From Promethearchaeota archaeon (GTDB lineage: Archaea > Asgardarchaeota > Hermodarchaeia > Hermodarchaeales > Hermodarchaeaceae), in assembly GCA_048938385.1 (NCBI GenBank), contig JBHLMG010000002.1:64001-128000 (forward strand): a DNA stretch of 64,000 nt. The letters run 5' to 3'. The position numbers were made by a program, and so were the translations under genes. The notes beneath the pieces were generated by a model that made no database searches, was not told the DNA's origin, and saw nothing but the letters and a program-made list of their open reading frames with translations. How positions within the stretch are numbered: the first letter of the stretch is position 1; each line of letters starts with the position of its first letter. Below are positions 45,511 through 54,324 of the stretch, piece by piece.

Positions 45511-45891
45511 TTATTCTCGACTTGGTCGGTTGTAGCTGTCAACGATTCGGACTACATCACCAAACATGCAAGTACCTAGTTCTAATATCAGAGTATCCTG
45601 TATAGGTTGGATTCGGTGGGGTTGTCCAGGTGCAATTTGCAGTGTATCACCTGCTACTAACTCTATTTGTTGGTCTTCGAGGTGTACACGAACTTGACCA
45701 CTCACAATGTAAAAAAATTCGTCCTTCTCTTCGTGATAATGAAGCGAGGTCGTGTGCTCTTTGCGGAGAAAAAGCTCCTTGAGAAAAATCCCCTGAAATT
45801 TTGCCAGCGGGCGTTCGTACCCCCAGGGCTTTTCTTTCTTCTGACCCATTGGCACATCATTTGGTGTCTCTGAATAACCCATCCCCACCAC
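45511..45891 (-). CDS. Cupin-domain protein
   Basis: KPWG, SLHYHEEKDE, PGQPHRI. Confidence 0.85.
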   Translation of the reverse strand: MVGMGYSETPNDVPMGQKKEKPWGYERPLAKFQGIFLKELFLRKEHTTSLHYHEEKDEFFYIVSGQVRVHLEDQQIELVAGDTLQIAPGQPHRIQPIQDTLILELGTCMFGDVVRIVDSYNRPSRE

Positions 45892-45920
45892 ACGCTCTAG
45901 CCAAATTGTTAATAGTTAGA

Positions 45921-46352
45921 CTACATTCCCTCATCGACGATTCGGTCGACGATCTTCTGTAACTTCTTATCTTCACGGATTCGCTCCGGGCGCCATGTGC
46001 GCCCCATGTGAACTCTGTCTGGTTCACCGAGAATATCAGCCATCGCCCTTTCTAGACTCTTAGCTGCTCGCGCATCAAGTCGAGCACATTCCCCAAAGTA
46101 ATCGCAATTCTTAATCGTGCATTTACTGCCCACATCAAGGCGGTAAACTCCTTTCTGCAATGGAGTCGCTGTAACTTGCAAAGGGCAAGTGGTGGTGTCA
46201 TCGGAAAAGATGCGAACGCCATTAGTCTCTTTGATGATCATTCGTGAACCAATTATCCGGCGTGCGCCTTCTGCGATTTCATCCAAGGTGGCAACGACAA
46301 CTAAGTCGCCAAATTCGCCTTTGTCAGGTTTCTTTGTCATGGAGTGTCGCAC
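45921..46352 (-). CDS. Hypothetical protein with Cys cluster
   Basis: CPL..CTIKNCDYFGEC. Likely start is ATG 46340. Confidence 0.6.
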   Translation of the reverse strand: MRHSMTKKPDKGEFGDLVVVATLDEIAEGARRIIGSRMIIKETNGVRIFSDDTTTCPLQVTATPLQKGVYRLDVGSKCTIKNCDYFGECARLDARAAKSLERAMADILGEPDRVHMGRTWRPERIREDKKLQKIVDRIVDEGM

Positions 46353-46443
46353 CAGTACTTATTTGTCAATTGCTGTGCAAGTGATATTTTTCTAACGGAG
46401 CTACGCCTTATTAGCCTTTACTTCACTTCAAGGTATTTACTTC

Positions 46444-46644
46444 TCAGTTCCCTAAATAGAGGATTAAGGCTAAGAGGAATAGCATTCCGCCAAAAAGGAT
46501 GACCACGACTGATAAAGCGGTATTCAAGAACAGAACAGCGAATGGAGTATCAATCAGGAGAAAGGGAAAAGAAAGAAACGCAAAGAGTAATATCAGTAAG
46601 ACGATTCCAATGATCCATCCGCGTTGACGTCGGCTAATGGTCAT
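46444..46644 (-). CDS. Small two-TM membrane protein
   Basis: Basic N-terminus and two hydrophobic helices; GGAGAG upstream. Confidence 0.5.
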   Translation of the reverse strand: MTISRRQRGWIIGIVLLILLFAFLSFPFLLIDTPFAVLFLNTALSVVVILFGGMLFLLALILYLGN

Positions 46645-46816
46645 TACTGAGACTCTCCATTGACGGCTAGGCGCAACAGTTTCAAGATGGTTCCTATAAG
46701 GTTTTCGTCGCTCTTAACGACTGTTGACAAGTTTTCTGTGGAGGGCTCTTACAATCAGTAAGGCTTTTTAATTCCTGAAAAACAGGAAGTCTAACCACTT
46801 TCAGGTTGTTCCCTTC

Positions 46817-47800
46817 GTGTTAGAAATTGCTGCTATCCTCACCCTCATCAGTGGAATTCTTTCAGGATTGGGACATTCTATTCAACGCCGAAGTCTGGAT
46901 CGACTACCGGAACTCACGCCTCGAACCTTTTACCAACAGCACTTTCAGCTAATTATAGCAATTCTCACAACACCTCTTTGGCTACTTGGAGGTGTTCTCT
47001 CTGTTTCTGGGGGCTTGCTCAGATGGCAAGCATTCTCTATGGGGGAAGTCAGCATTCTAAAACCATTGACTAACATTAATATCTTAGTCGTAGTCATCAT
47101 CGGGGTATTATTTCTAGGAGAGCGCGTGAGTCGCTGGGAATGGACAGGCATCACCACCTTACTTGGTGGAGTAATCGTATTGAGCCTTGCTGTTGAACCT
47201 GTACCTCCCCTCACCTATCACCTACCCTGGTACATTTTCTCCACCATCATCTGCGTTACCCTTGTCGTGATACTAGTGACTGTTGGATCACGGTTAGGTC
47301 GAACAACTCGAGAAAAGGAGCTCATTTTCGCAATGGGTGCAGGAATCCTCTATGGCATAGCCACGATTTTCCTCAAGGCCATGACCTTAGAAGTCATCCA
47401 ACTTCTCGGCGGATTCTCAATCCTCGATTTTACATCACTCGTTGTTTTAACTACTCGTCTCTCCTTCTGGCTCTATCTCAGCAGCTCAGTCATTGCCTAT
47501 TTTCTCCTCCAATGTGCATATTCGCATCGTCGGGCATCAGTGGCGTTTCCAATTAACAATTCTCTCTCCACTCTGGTTCCCATCGTAATCGCCGTTCTCG
47601 TCTTCGGAGATGTCCTCATTACTCCTATTGACGGACTGCTCTTCTTTCCCATCTCATATCTTCGCATCATCGGCATCTTTGCAGTAATTCTTGGCATCCT
47701 CTTTCTTCGACGATTTCAAAGCCACACGCCAACCCTAGCCAAGGAAAACGCAGGGAATTCACAAAACATGGGGGGGAAAAATCTAAAAGCCGTTCAATAA
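46817..47800 (+). CDS. DMT/EamA (NIPA-like) transporter
   Basis: About 9 TM helices; PLWLLG, ILKPL and FLGER patterns. Confidence 0.8.
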   Translation: MLEIAAILTLISGILSGLGHSIQRRSLDRLPELTPRTFYQQHFQLIIAILTTPLWLLGGVLSVSGGLLRWQAFSMGEVSILKPLTNINILVVVIIGVLFLGERVSRWEWTGITTLLGGVIVLSLAVEPVPPLTYHLPWYIFSTIICVTLVVILVTVGSRLGRTTREKELIFAMGAGILYGIATIFLKAMTLEVIQLLGGFSILDFTSLVVLTTRLSFWLYLSSSVIAYFLLQCAYSHRRASVAFPINNSLSTLVPIVIAVLVFGDVLITPIDGLLFFPISYLRIIGIFAVILGILFLRRFQSHTPTLAKENAGNSQNMGGKNLKAVQ

Positions 47801-47851
47801 GAACCTTATACCTTCTTGGTTTCTCAGATGACCTCTTCAAGGTGAAGGCAA

Positions 47852-49162
47852 ATGCATCAATTCCTTACTCAACTTGATGATGCCTGGAAAACTGGTTATG
47901 AATTCGTAAAGGGCAGCCCGGTCGTTCTCAAACGCTCTGACATCAATTCGGTGATGTCCAACTCGGGAACCATCATGAACGATCGTCGTATCCGTGAAGC
48001 TCTCGCTACCACCGTTGAACTCCGCCAAACAGGTGCTGCTGCTATCGCCGACGCAGCCCATCAATCCCGAAAAGGCATGGCTGACTTCTATCCCACCCTG
48101 CAACACTCACAGGTTATGAACCAAATCCTCAAGGAAGAATATCCCGATAATTATGACGAATGGGAATACATATTCAGTGAAACTTGCTGGGGATTGACAC
48201 AATTCGGATACCTAAGCAGTGGGCGAAATGTCTTAAGCAATAACATTCGATTTGCACCCTGGGAACTCAGGGTCCCCCCCCACCTTTATGATTCACCCCC
48301 CGCCCGATTAGTCGAGAAGCTCCGAGACGCAGGTCATCGGGTTTGTTATGTCCAGGATGCGTCTCCCTCTGCTCATCGAGGTGGTCAAAACAAAGACACC
48401 TCTTTATACGCGTTGCCTCTCTTCTTCAAGCAACGCGGAATTCCAGTCTTCCCTTCACGACATTTTGCTGAAGAAATGATGTTGTATGCAAAGCTCAATG
48501 AAATGATCCATCAGAGCAAAAAGGTCATCGTCGCATTATTTGGTGGAAAAGTCACCGATTACCTTGATGTAATAGCACTTTACCAGCGCCGCGATAACAT
48601 TGAATTCCTTGCTGGTTCACTTCTAAGTATGGTGTTAATGAAAAGCAAACACCCTGAAATGAACTATGGTGTAAACGAGGACCGTTTCTTCAAAGATATT
48701 GGAGCACCAGAGCTTGCGAAATTCGAAAAACTATATGATGCAGACCGTATGCACATTGCACACGACCTCATCATCACCACACCTGATGAAATCGTGACAC
48801 GGGAATTAACACCAGAAACGAAAATCCGCTACGAAGTCCAAGGGATCGGTCCACAAACCGTCAAACTGTATGCGGACATCGTCAAGGGGGCACAACTTCT
48901 CATGGTCAATGGATGCCCTTTTAACATCCGACGATTCGAAACCTTTGGCGGAACCTTCCAAGATTTTATGACCCAGGTTCGCAAACAGAACGGCAGTTTG
49001 AAGATCTATGATTGTGGTGGAGACGCCATAACTGCCATTGAATTTACTGGCGTCAAAACTGATATTAGCTCAACCGCAGGTAAACTCGGATTACTTGCAC
49101 CCATGATTGAAAATATGGATGATTTGCAGAAAAATGCACCCGCTGTTGTACCTTTGCTATAG
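47852..49162 (+). CDS. Divergent phosphoglycerate kinase-like protein
   Basis: RSDINS, RIRE, AHQSR, NIRF, QDA..AHR, GGKV, IGPQT, NG, GGD and ST motifs in PGK order. Confidence 0.7.
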   Translation: MHQFLTQLDDAWKTGYEFVKGSPVVLKRSDINSVMSNSGTIMNDRRIREALATTVELRQTGAAAIADAAHQSRKGMADFYPTLQHSQVMNQILKEEYPDNYDEWEYIFSETCWGLTQFGYLSSGRNVLSNNIRFAPWELRVPPHLYDSPPARLVEKLRDAGHRVCYVQDASPSAHRGGQNKDTSLYALPLFFKQRGIPVFPSRHFAEEMMLYAKLNEMIHQSKKVIVALFGGKVTDYLDVIALYQRRDNIEFLAGSLLSMVLMKSKHPEMNYGVNEDRFFKDIGAPELAKFEKLYDADRMHIAHDLIITTPDEIVTRELTPETKIRYEVQGIGPQTVKLYADIVKGAQLLMVNGCPFNIRRFETFGGTFQDFMTQVRKQNGSLKIYDCGGDAITAIEFTGVKTDISSTAGKLGLLAPMIENMDDLQKNAPAVVPLL

Positions 49163-49187
49163 ACTATCCTACTCAGAAGCGTAGTAC

Positions 49188-51029
49188 CTACTCGGTAGAT
49201 CGACCACAATGCCCACAAAAAATAGCATTCGGTGTCAACGGAGCACCACAATGGTAACAAAAGCCAGTTCGATAAGTCGGGGGTAGAGAACCAGTATCGG
49301 TATCATCAATTCTGGAGCTCGGTCCAAAAGCCTGTACTGAACTGGTAGTCGCAATGGTCACTTGTCTGGATTTGTTGCGTCTTCGTTGGATCAGCATGCA
49401 AAGGCACCCAACGACAATGAGAACAACTACAGCACCCACTATTAGGTAAATGATCTTACTGATCCCTGTACTCTGGAAGGTGTAATATGCCCCTGAATTA
49501 TTTTCTACTACGGTATGACCACCTGAATCTGTTACTGCTACATAATAGGTGACTCTGACTCCTGGAAGGAAGGTTCCTAAAATACCACGCCATTGGTCAC
49601 CAGCAAAATAGGTCATCGCCACACGATACCACTGGGAATCACCTTCTACCTGATAGTAAACCGTGCCATTTACAATCCAGGTATCATCTGTTACATCAAC
49701 AAATACGGTTACAAGATCACCAAATGCAGGGTTGATAGGAATATGTTGTACAGAATTAATGACTGGAATTGTGGTATCACGTAATATAGAGATATTGTAC
49801 GATTGTCCAATTATGTTTTCAATTCTCATAGAGAACTGCCCGATCGATGATACATAAGTTGATACTTCACCAGGTCCAATTCCAAATGCTCCATCATCTT
49901 TAGTCGCTGTGGAGGGGTGGGAATCCACAACTTTGACGATGCCATGTCCTGATGAAATAGTTTCATCAACATAAGTGAGAACAACGCCTTGACTTCCTGC
50001 CCCGACACCAGGAAGTGATGCATCATAACCAATTTTCAAGCGAACCTCGATGAGGAAATACTGCTGGGTCGTCACATTGATGCGTACGAGTTGAACTCCG
50101 GTAGTACTCAGCTCAAGGGGGTCAACAATAACGGTGGCTTCTGTAGTAACATCGAGGATGTGAGTGCTGTTCACCCAACCTAGTTTGCTCTTACAATAGC
50201 CCATCATGTGAGCTGGTTGCTCACCGAGCATTGATGGCCCGTTCCAGGAACCCTTCGCCATGAGTCCCCAGTGGCCCACATATTCCACATCATCAACTAC
50301 ATCATAGAGATCGGGGAGCCCAAGATCGTGGCCAAACTCATGAGCAAGGACGCCTACATAGGAGGGATTCCCTACTGTACTTTCTTCGGGGCTTACCGAA
50401 GCCCGAGTAATGGTTACGCCATCCTTGACAATTGAGAAGCCCCACCACTCACTCGACCAGTAATCCCGCCAATCATGACTAAGCTCTTGTCCCTGTCCCG
50501 CGTGAATAATCGTTACCCCGTCATAAGCTGAAAAATCGACAATAGGGTCCGCTAGATTGATCGAATCTTGAACTAGCTCGAACTTAGGCTCACTAGGAAA
50601 GCTTGTACCATCGACATAATATGCTCGGTCATGCCCAAGGTTGAGCCAGACAGTCGTATTGCCACCTACCTGGGTAAGGCCATAAGATACTTCGTCGATA
50701 TAGTCATCTAGGGCGATTACAGCATTGTTTCGGACTTCTGTGGAGTTGAAGGTATGAGTTTTATCAGTGAATTCAACGAGGATGATAATGAGGTCATACT
50801 GCCCAGTGGTAGCCATTGGAGAATACGATACTTCAGGAGGAATTGGTCCATCAAGACCAAAACGGGAAACGCTAGGCATCGATACAAGTGCCGAAGCTTC
50901 AAATTCGGATGTCGCTGTTAGAAGACTGAGCGTGAAAGGCGTGAAGAACAGCATAGAAGCTGTCAGGGCAAACATCAATGTTAAAACGAGGGGCCGCTTG
51001 TTATAGGATTTTAGTTTCATAGATGGCAT
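49188..51029 (-). CDS. Membrane-anchored M6-family (immune inhibitor A-like) metalloprotease with cytoplasmic zinc ribbon
   Basis: HAGQG, HEFGHDLGLPDLY, LMAKGSW (Met-turn), KLGW; TM; CYHC..CGHC tail. Confidence 0.9.
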   Translation of the reverse strand: MPSMKLKSYNKRPLVLTLMFALTASMLFFTPFTLSLLTATSEFEASALVSMPSVSRFGLDGPIPPEVSYSPMATTGQYDLIIILVEFTDKTHTFNSTEVRNNAVIALDDYIDEVSYGLTQVGGNTTVWLNLGHDRAYYVDGTSFPSEPKFELVQDSINLADPIVDFSAYDGVTIIHAGQGQELSHDWRDYWSSEWWGFSIVKDGVTITRASVSPEESTVGNPSYVGVLAHEFGHDLGLPDLYDVVDDVEYVGHWGLMAKGSWNGPSMLGEQPAHMMGYCKSKLGWVNSTHILDVTTEATVIVDPLELSTTGVQLVRINVTTQQYFLIEVRLKIGYDASLPGVGAGSQGVVLTYVDETISSGHGIVKVVDSHPSTATKDDGAFGIGPGEVSTYVSSIGQFSMRIENIIGQSYNISILRDTTIPVINSVQHIPINPAFGDLVTVFVDVTDDTWIVNGTVYYQVEGDSQWYRVAMTYFAGDQWRGILGTFLPGVRVTYYVAVTDSGGHTVVENNSGAYYTFQSTGISKIIYLIVGAVVVLIVVGCLCMLIQRRRNKSRQVTIATTSSVQAFGPSSRIDDTDTGSLPPTYRTGFCYHCGAPLTPNAIFCGHCGRSTE

Positions 51030-51190
51030 TTGTGTAACCCAACTTCTTCACTATGACAGGTCTGGAAATGGTATGTCAAGTACTAAAAACCCACAAAATC
51101 TTCCGTCATAAACTTTCGGTTCTGTCGAATTGAATAATATCTTTTCCTAGTTAAGTCGCAAATGCCAAAGTAAAAACAGCCATATTTAGT

Positions 51191-51745
51191 TTAGCGTTTC
51201 ATGTGTTGTTCGTACATCAGTTCAGCCAGCTCGTTGAACGCTAAGGACACTTGATGTCCTGTTTTAGCTGAGGTTTCTTTATACGAATACAAACCAAGTT
51301 CCTCAGCAACTTTCTGCCCCTCTTCTTTCGAAATTTTTCGCTGCTTGTCCAAATCAGCTTTGTTCCCTAAGAGCATGAGAACAGGTTCAGGACCCACTGC
51401 TTCTCGGAACGCCTCAACCCATTGAGGAACAGTGGTCAAGGTTTGCGGACGAGTGAGATCAAAAACTAAGATTCCACCCGAAGCTCCCTGACAGTAACGA
51501 GTTCGGAGATCGCGGAAAATATCCTGCCCTGCCAAGTCCCAAATGAGTAGCTTGAAAAAGCCTTTGTCAAGTTGAGCATCATAGGTACTAATATCAATGC
51601 CCAATGTTCTTCGATAATCTCGCTCAAATTTCCCGGTAACATATTTTGTAACTAGGCTAGTTTTGCCAACCGCGGCTTCACCTAAAGTGACGAGTTTGTA
51701 CACTGCAGTAAAACGCTTCTCTTCATCGGGCACTCTTGAACTCAC
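51191..51745 (-). CDS. Rab-like small GTPase
   Basis: GEAAVGKT, TLG, WDLAGQ, GNKAD, ETSAK; no prenylation motif. Confidence 0.92.
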   Translation of the reverse strand: MSSRVPDEEKRFTAVYKLVTLGEAAVGKTSLVTKYVTGKFERDYRRTLGIDISTYDAQLDKGFFKLLIWDLAGQDIFRDLRTRYCQGASGGILVFDLTRPQTLTTVPQWVEAFREAVGPEPVLMLLGNKADLDKQRKISKEEGQKVAEELGLYSYKETSAKTGHQVSLAFNELAELMYEQHMKR

Positions 51746-51838
51746 AACTCAACCTCCATAAAGCCAAATTGTTACTCATTCTAGGTATTGCTAAGTATCC
51801 CTATAAGGGTTGCCGAATACTCTGAACAGACCTCTCAG

Positions 51839-52225
51839 TTATTGAGGCTCTAAGGCTTTTTGGAGCTTATCTTCGTATTGTTCATAATGGGACAATAATT
51901 GTTTTCCAAAATCTGTCAAAGCCGTACCCCCTGGACCTTTTCGGTGACCGCGCCGTTTCTCGACAACAGGTATGCCTAGGCGTTTTTCCACTTTCTTAAG
52001 ATACCCCCAAGCAAAACGATATGAAGGTGCAGGCATTTCACCTAAAGCATCCTGAGGAAGTGCTTTGACTGCCTGGCTAATAGAACCGTGTTCTTCAATC
52101 CCGCGTAGCAACAAAGCCCCACCCCGACCTAATATCATCTCTCCATCTAATTCAAGCCACAATTTTAATCGGGGTATTAAAGCCTGGATTATTTTTTGCT
52201 CTTTACCTGACATCATTAACAACAC
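51839..52225 (-). CDS. ModE-type winged-helix regulator (no TOBE domain)
   Basis: KLWL..G.G..LL..I..GSISQA..SYRFAW..RG..GG.ALT..G pattern. Confidence 0.85.
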   Translation of the reverse strand: MLLMMSGKEQKIIQALIPRLKLWLELDGEMILGRGGALLLRGIEEHGSISQAVKALPQDALGEMPAPSYRFAWGYLKKVEKRLGIPVVEKRRGHRKGPGGTALTDFGKQLLSHYEQYEDKLQKALEPQ

Positions 52226-52335
52226 TCCTCTCCTTCTTTAGGAGTAGGCTCGGCTTCAAATAACTACTGGAAATGCTTCATTAATCACCATCCCGAAGCT
52301 CTTAACTAAGAGCATAGCAGATAGCATGTGAATGT

Positions 52336-53103
52336 GTGGAGGACTCCTGTATGGCTTCATCCTCTCTACCACGAATAGTAGTTAAAAGTCTTGAAGCTAT
52401 ACTAGGCGAACTCTTCATCGTTACAAACCTAAGACGCCTTCCAAGTCGTCGCAATGAAGTTTATAAAATTGAGGGCGTAATTGCACCAGACCCTTCTCTG
52501 TTGCGGCTTGTTGCCAAATTATACCACGCACCAGGAATTGCCCAAGAATCATCAATTCTTCGACAAGCAATTCAACAACAAATCCCAGTTCCTCGTGTTC
52601 TAGGAACCACAACAGAAGTTCTTCTCCTCGAATATATTGATGGTCCAAATCTTTGTGACCTCATCACCGTTTATCCTGCACCTCACTATGCCCATTTACT
52701 GGCAGCATGGTTTGCCCAGTTTCATTCTGCGTTTACTCGTAATAGTGATCAAGTCCTATTGAAGGGTGATGCTCGTATTCGGAATTTCCTAGTGAGCTTT
52801 GATCGCGTGGTAGGGGTGGATTTTGAGGAAAGTCAAACTGGATCGTACATTCACGATTTAGCAGTGGTTTGTGGATCAATACTAGATACAACCCCCTTAT
52901 TTACCACCGAAAAATGGCATCTTTGCCAAAAATTCTTACAATGGTATTCCGTTCTCAGACCTGTAACTACTCTAGCTCAGCTTACATCTGAGACTACGCG
53001 AGTCCTTATTAAAGTCCTACACGAGACGGCTACCCGACGAGGACATCCCAGTGATTTCTTGAAGTTAATCAGTCAGTTAGAAAATGGTGATTATACACTT
53101 TAA
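52336..53103 (+). CDS. APH/protein-kinase-like phosphotransferase
   Basis: VAK, E helix, VPRV, LEYIDG, KGDARIRN, DFE, DLA. Confidence 0.8.
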   Translation: MEDSCMASSSLPRIVVKSLEAILGELFIVTNLRRLPSRRNEVYKIEGVIAPDPSLLRLVAKLYHAPGIAQESSILRQAIQQQIPVPRVLGTTTEVLLLEYIDGPNLCDLITVYPAPHYAHLLAAWFAQFHSAFTRNSDQVLLKGDARIRNFLVSFDRVVGVDFEESQTGSYIHDLAVVCGSILDTTPLFTTEKWHLCQKFLQWYSVLRPVTTLAQLTSETTRVLIKVLHETATRRGHPSDFLKLISQLENGDYTL

Positions 53104-53286
53104 TTAGCAGAGGAATTTTTAGGCGATTTATTACATGATCAAGGGTGGTAAATTAAGGATCGCACACCTCTTTGAAACTTGGATGTTGTATCTTCTCTTC
53201 GAGGGCTCCAGGCGGAACCTTTATGGTTAATGGTTTGTGCAGTGAACCTACTATTCGATGCTCTGTGGGTTAGGAGGTCATCATCT

Positions 53287-54318
53287 GTGGGTGTAAAACT
53301 TGCACCTCTTGTCACTCCAAAAATCTTGACATTGGAAGAACTGCGTGGCCGAACTTTTGCTGTAGATGCAGCTAATCAGCTGCACCAGTTCCTGGCGCTT
53401 ATACGCACTCCAGACGGGGTTCCCCTGAAAGACCGAAAGGGTCGTGTGACATCACATCTCGTTGGATTATTGTATCGAACCACCCGTTTAATCACCGAAT
53501 ACGATCTGAAGTTAATTTTTGTTTTCGATGGAAAACCACCAGATTTGAAAACTGATGAAATACAGAAACGCAGAGCAATTCGAAAACAAGCAGAACATGA
53601 TTATGAAAAAGCAATCGCTAAAGGCGACATGAAAACAGCATGGTCAAAGGCAGTGGCTACAGGACGCCTCACCCCGATCATGGCCAAAGAAGCTCAACAA
53701 GTTCTAACCTATTTGGGTATCCCTTTTGTGCAAGCTCCAGGTGAAGGTGAGGCGCAGGCTGCTTATATGGTTCAGCGTGGTGATGCTTGGGCTACGGCAA
53801 GTCGTGATTTCGATGCGCTCCTTTTTGGTTCACCCCGCTTACTTCGATACCTAACCATCACAGGGCGTAAACGGTTACCCAGTAAAGGCACATCAGTTCC
53901 ATTAGAACCCGAACTAATTGAGCTTAACCAAATCCTTCGCACATACAAAATTACTCGTGATCAGCTTGTGGATATGGCTTTACTAATAGGCACCGATTTT
54001 CATCCTGGTGTGCCACAAATAGGTCCCAAAACTGCCTTGAAATTAATAACTGAAAACAACAGCTTAGATAACCTTCCCAGCAAAATCTTAGAGAAACTTC
54101 CTCCCAACTATCATCAACTCCGCCGCATCTTTTTAGATCATCCAATATCTGATGATTACGATCTCACTGCTCCTTCTATTGATAAAGAGGGATTAATTCA
54201 GTTTCTTTGTCAGGAACGAGGTTTTTCAGAAGTCAGAGTAGCCAAACGGGTTGACCTTTTACTGAAGGCTCGAGAACAACAGCGTCAAAAAAGTCTTGAT
54301 GCTTGGACAGGAAGCTAA
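53287..54318 (+). CDS. fen: Flap endonuclease 1
   Basis: MGV start (GTG 53287 after AGGAGG); AVDA..LHQFL, TSHL, FVFDG, EGEAQAA, DFD.LLFG, GTDF, PIP box QKSLDAW. Confidence 0.97.
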   Translation: MGVKLAPLVTPKILTLEELRGRTFAVDAANQLHQFLALIRTPDGVPLKDRKGRVTSHLVGLLYRTTRLITEYDLKLIFVFDGKPPDLKTDEIQKRRAIRKQAEHDYEKAIAKGDMKTAWSKAVATGRLTPIMAKEAQQVLTYLGIPFVQAPGEGEAQAAYMVQRGDAWATASRDFDALLFGSPRLLRYLTITGRKRLPSKGTSVPLEPELIELNQILRTYKITRDQLVDMALLIGTDFHPGVPQIGPKTALKLITENNSLDNLPSKILEKLPPNYHQLRRIFLDHPISDDYDLTAPSIDKEGLIQFLCQERGFSEVRVAKRVDLLLKAREQQRQKSLDAWTGS

Positions 54319-54324
54319 CTAACT

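Noticed and set aside
53179-53286. N-terminal extension on FEN1 in the ORF track
   Set aside because: The conserved MGV start with a strong SD is at 53287; upstream is probably promoter.
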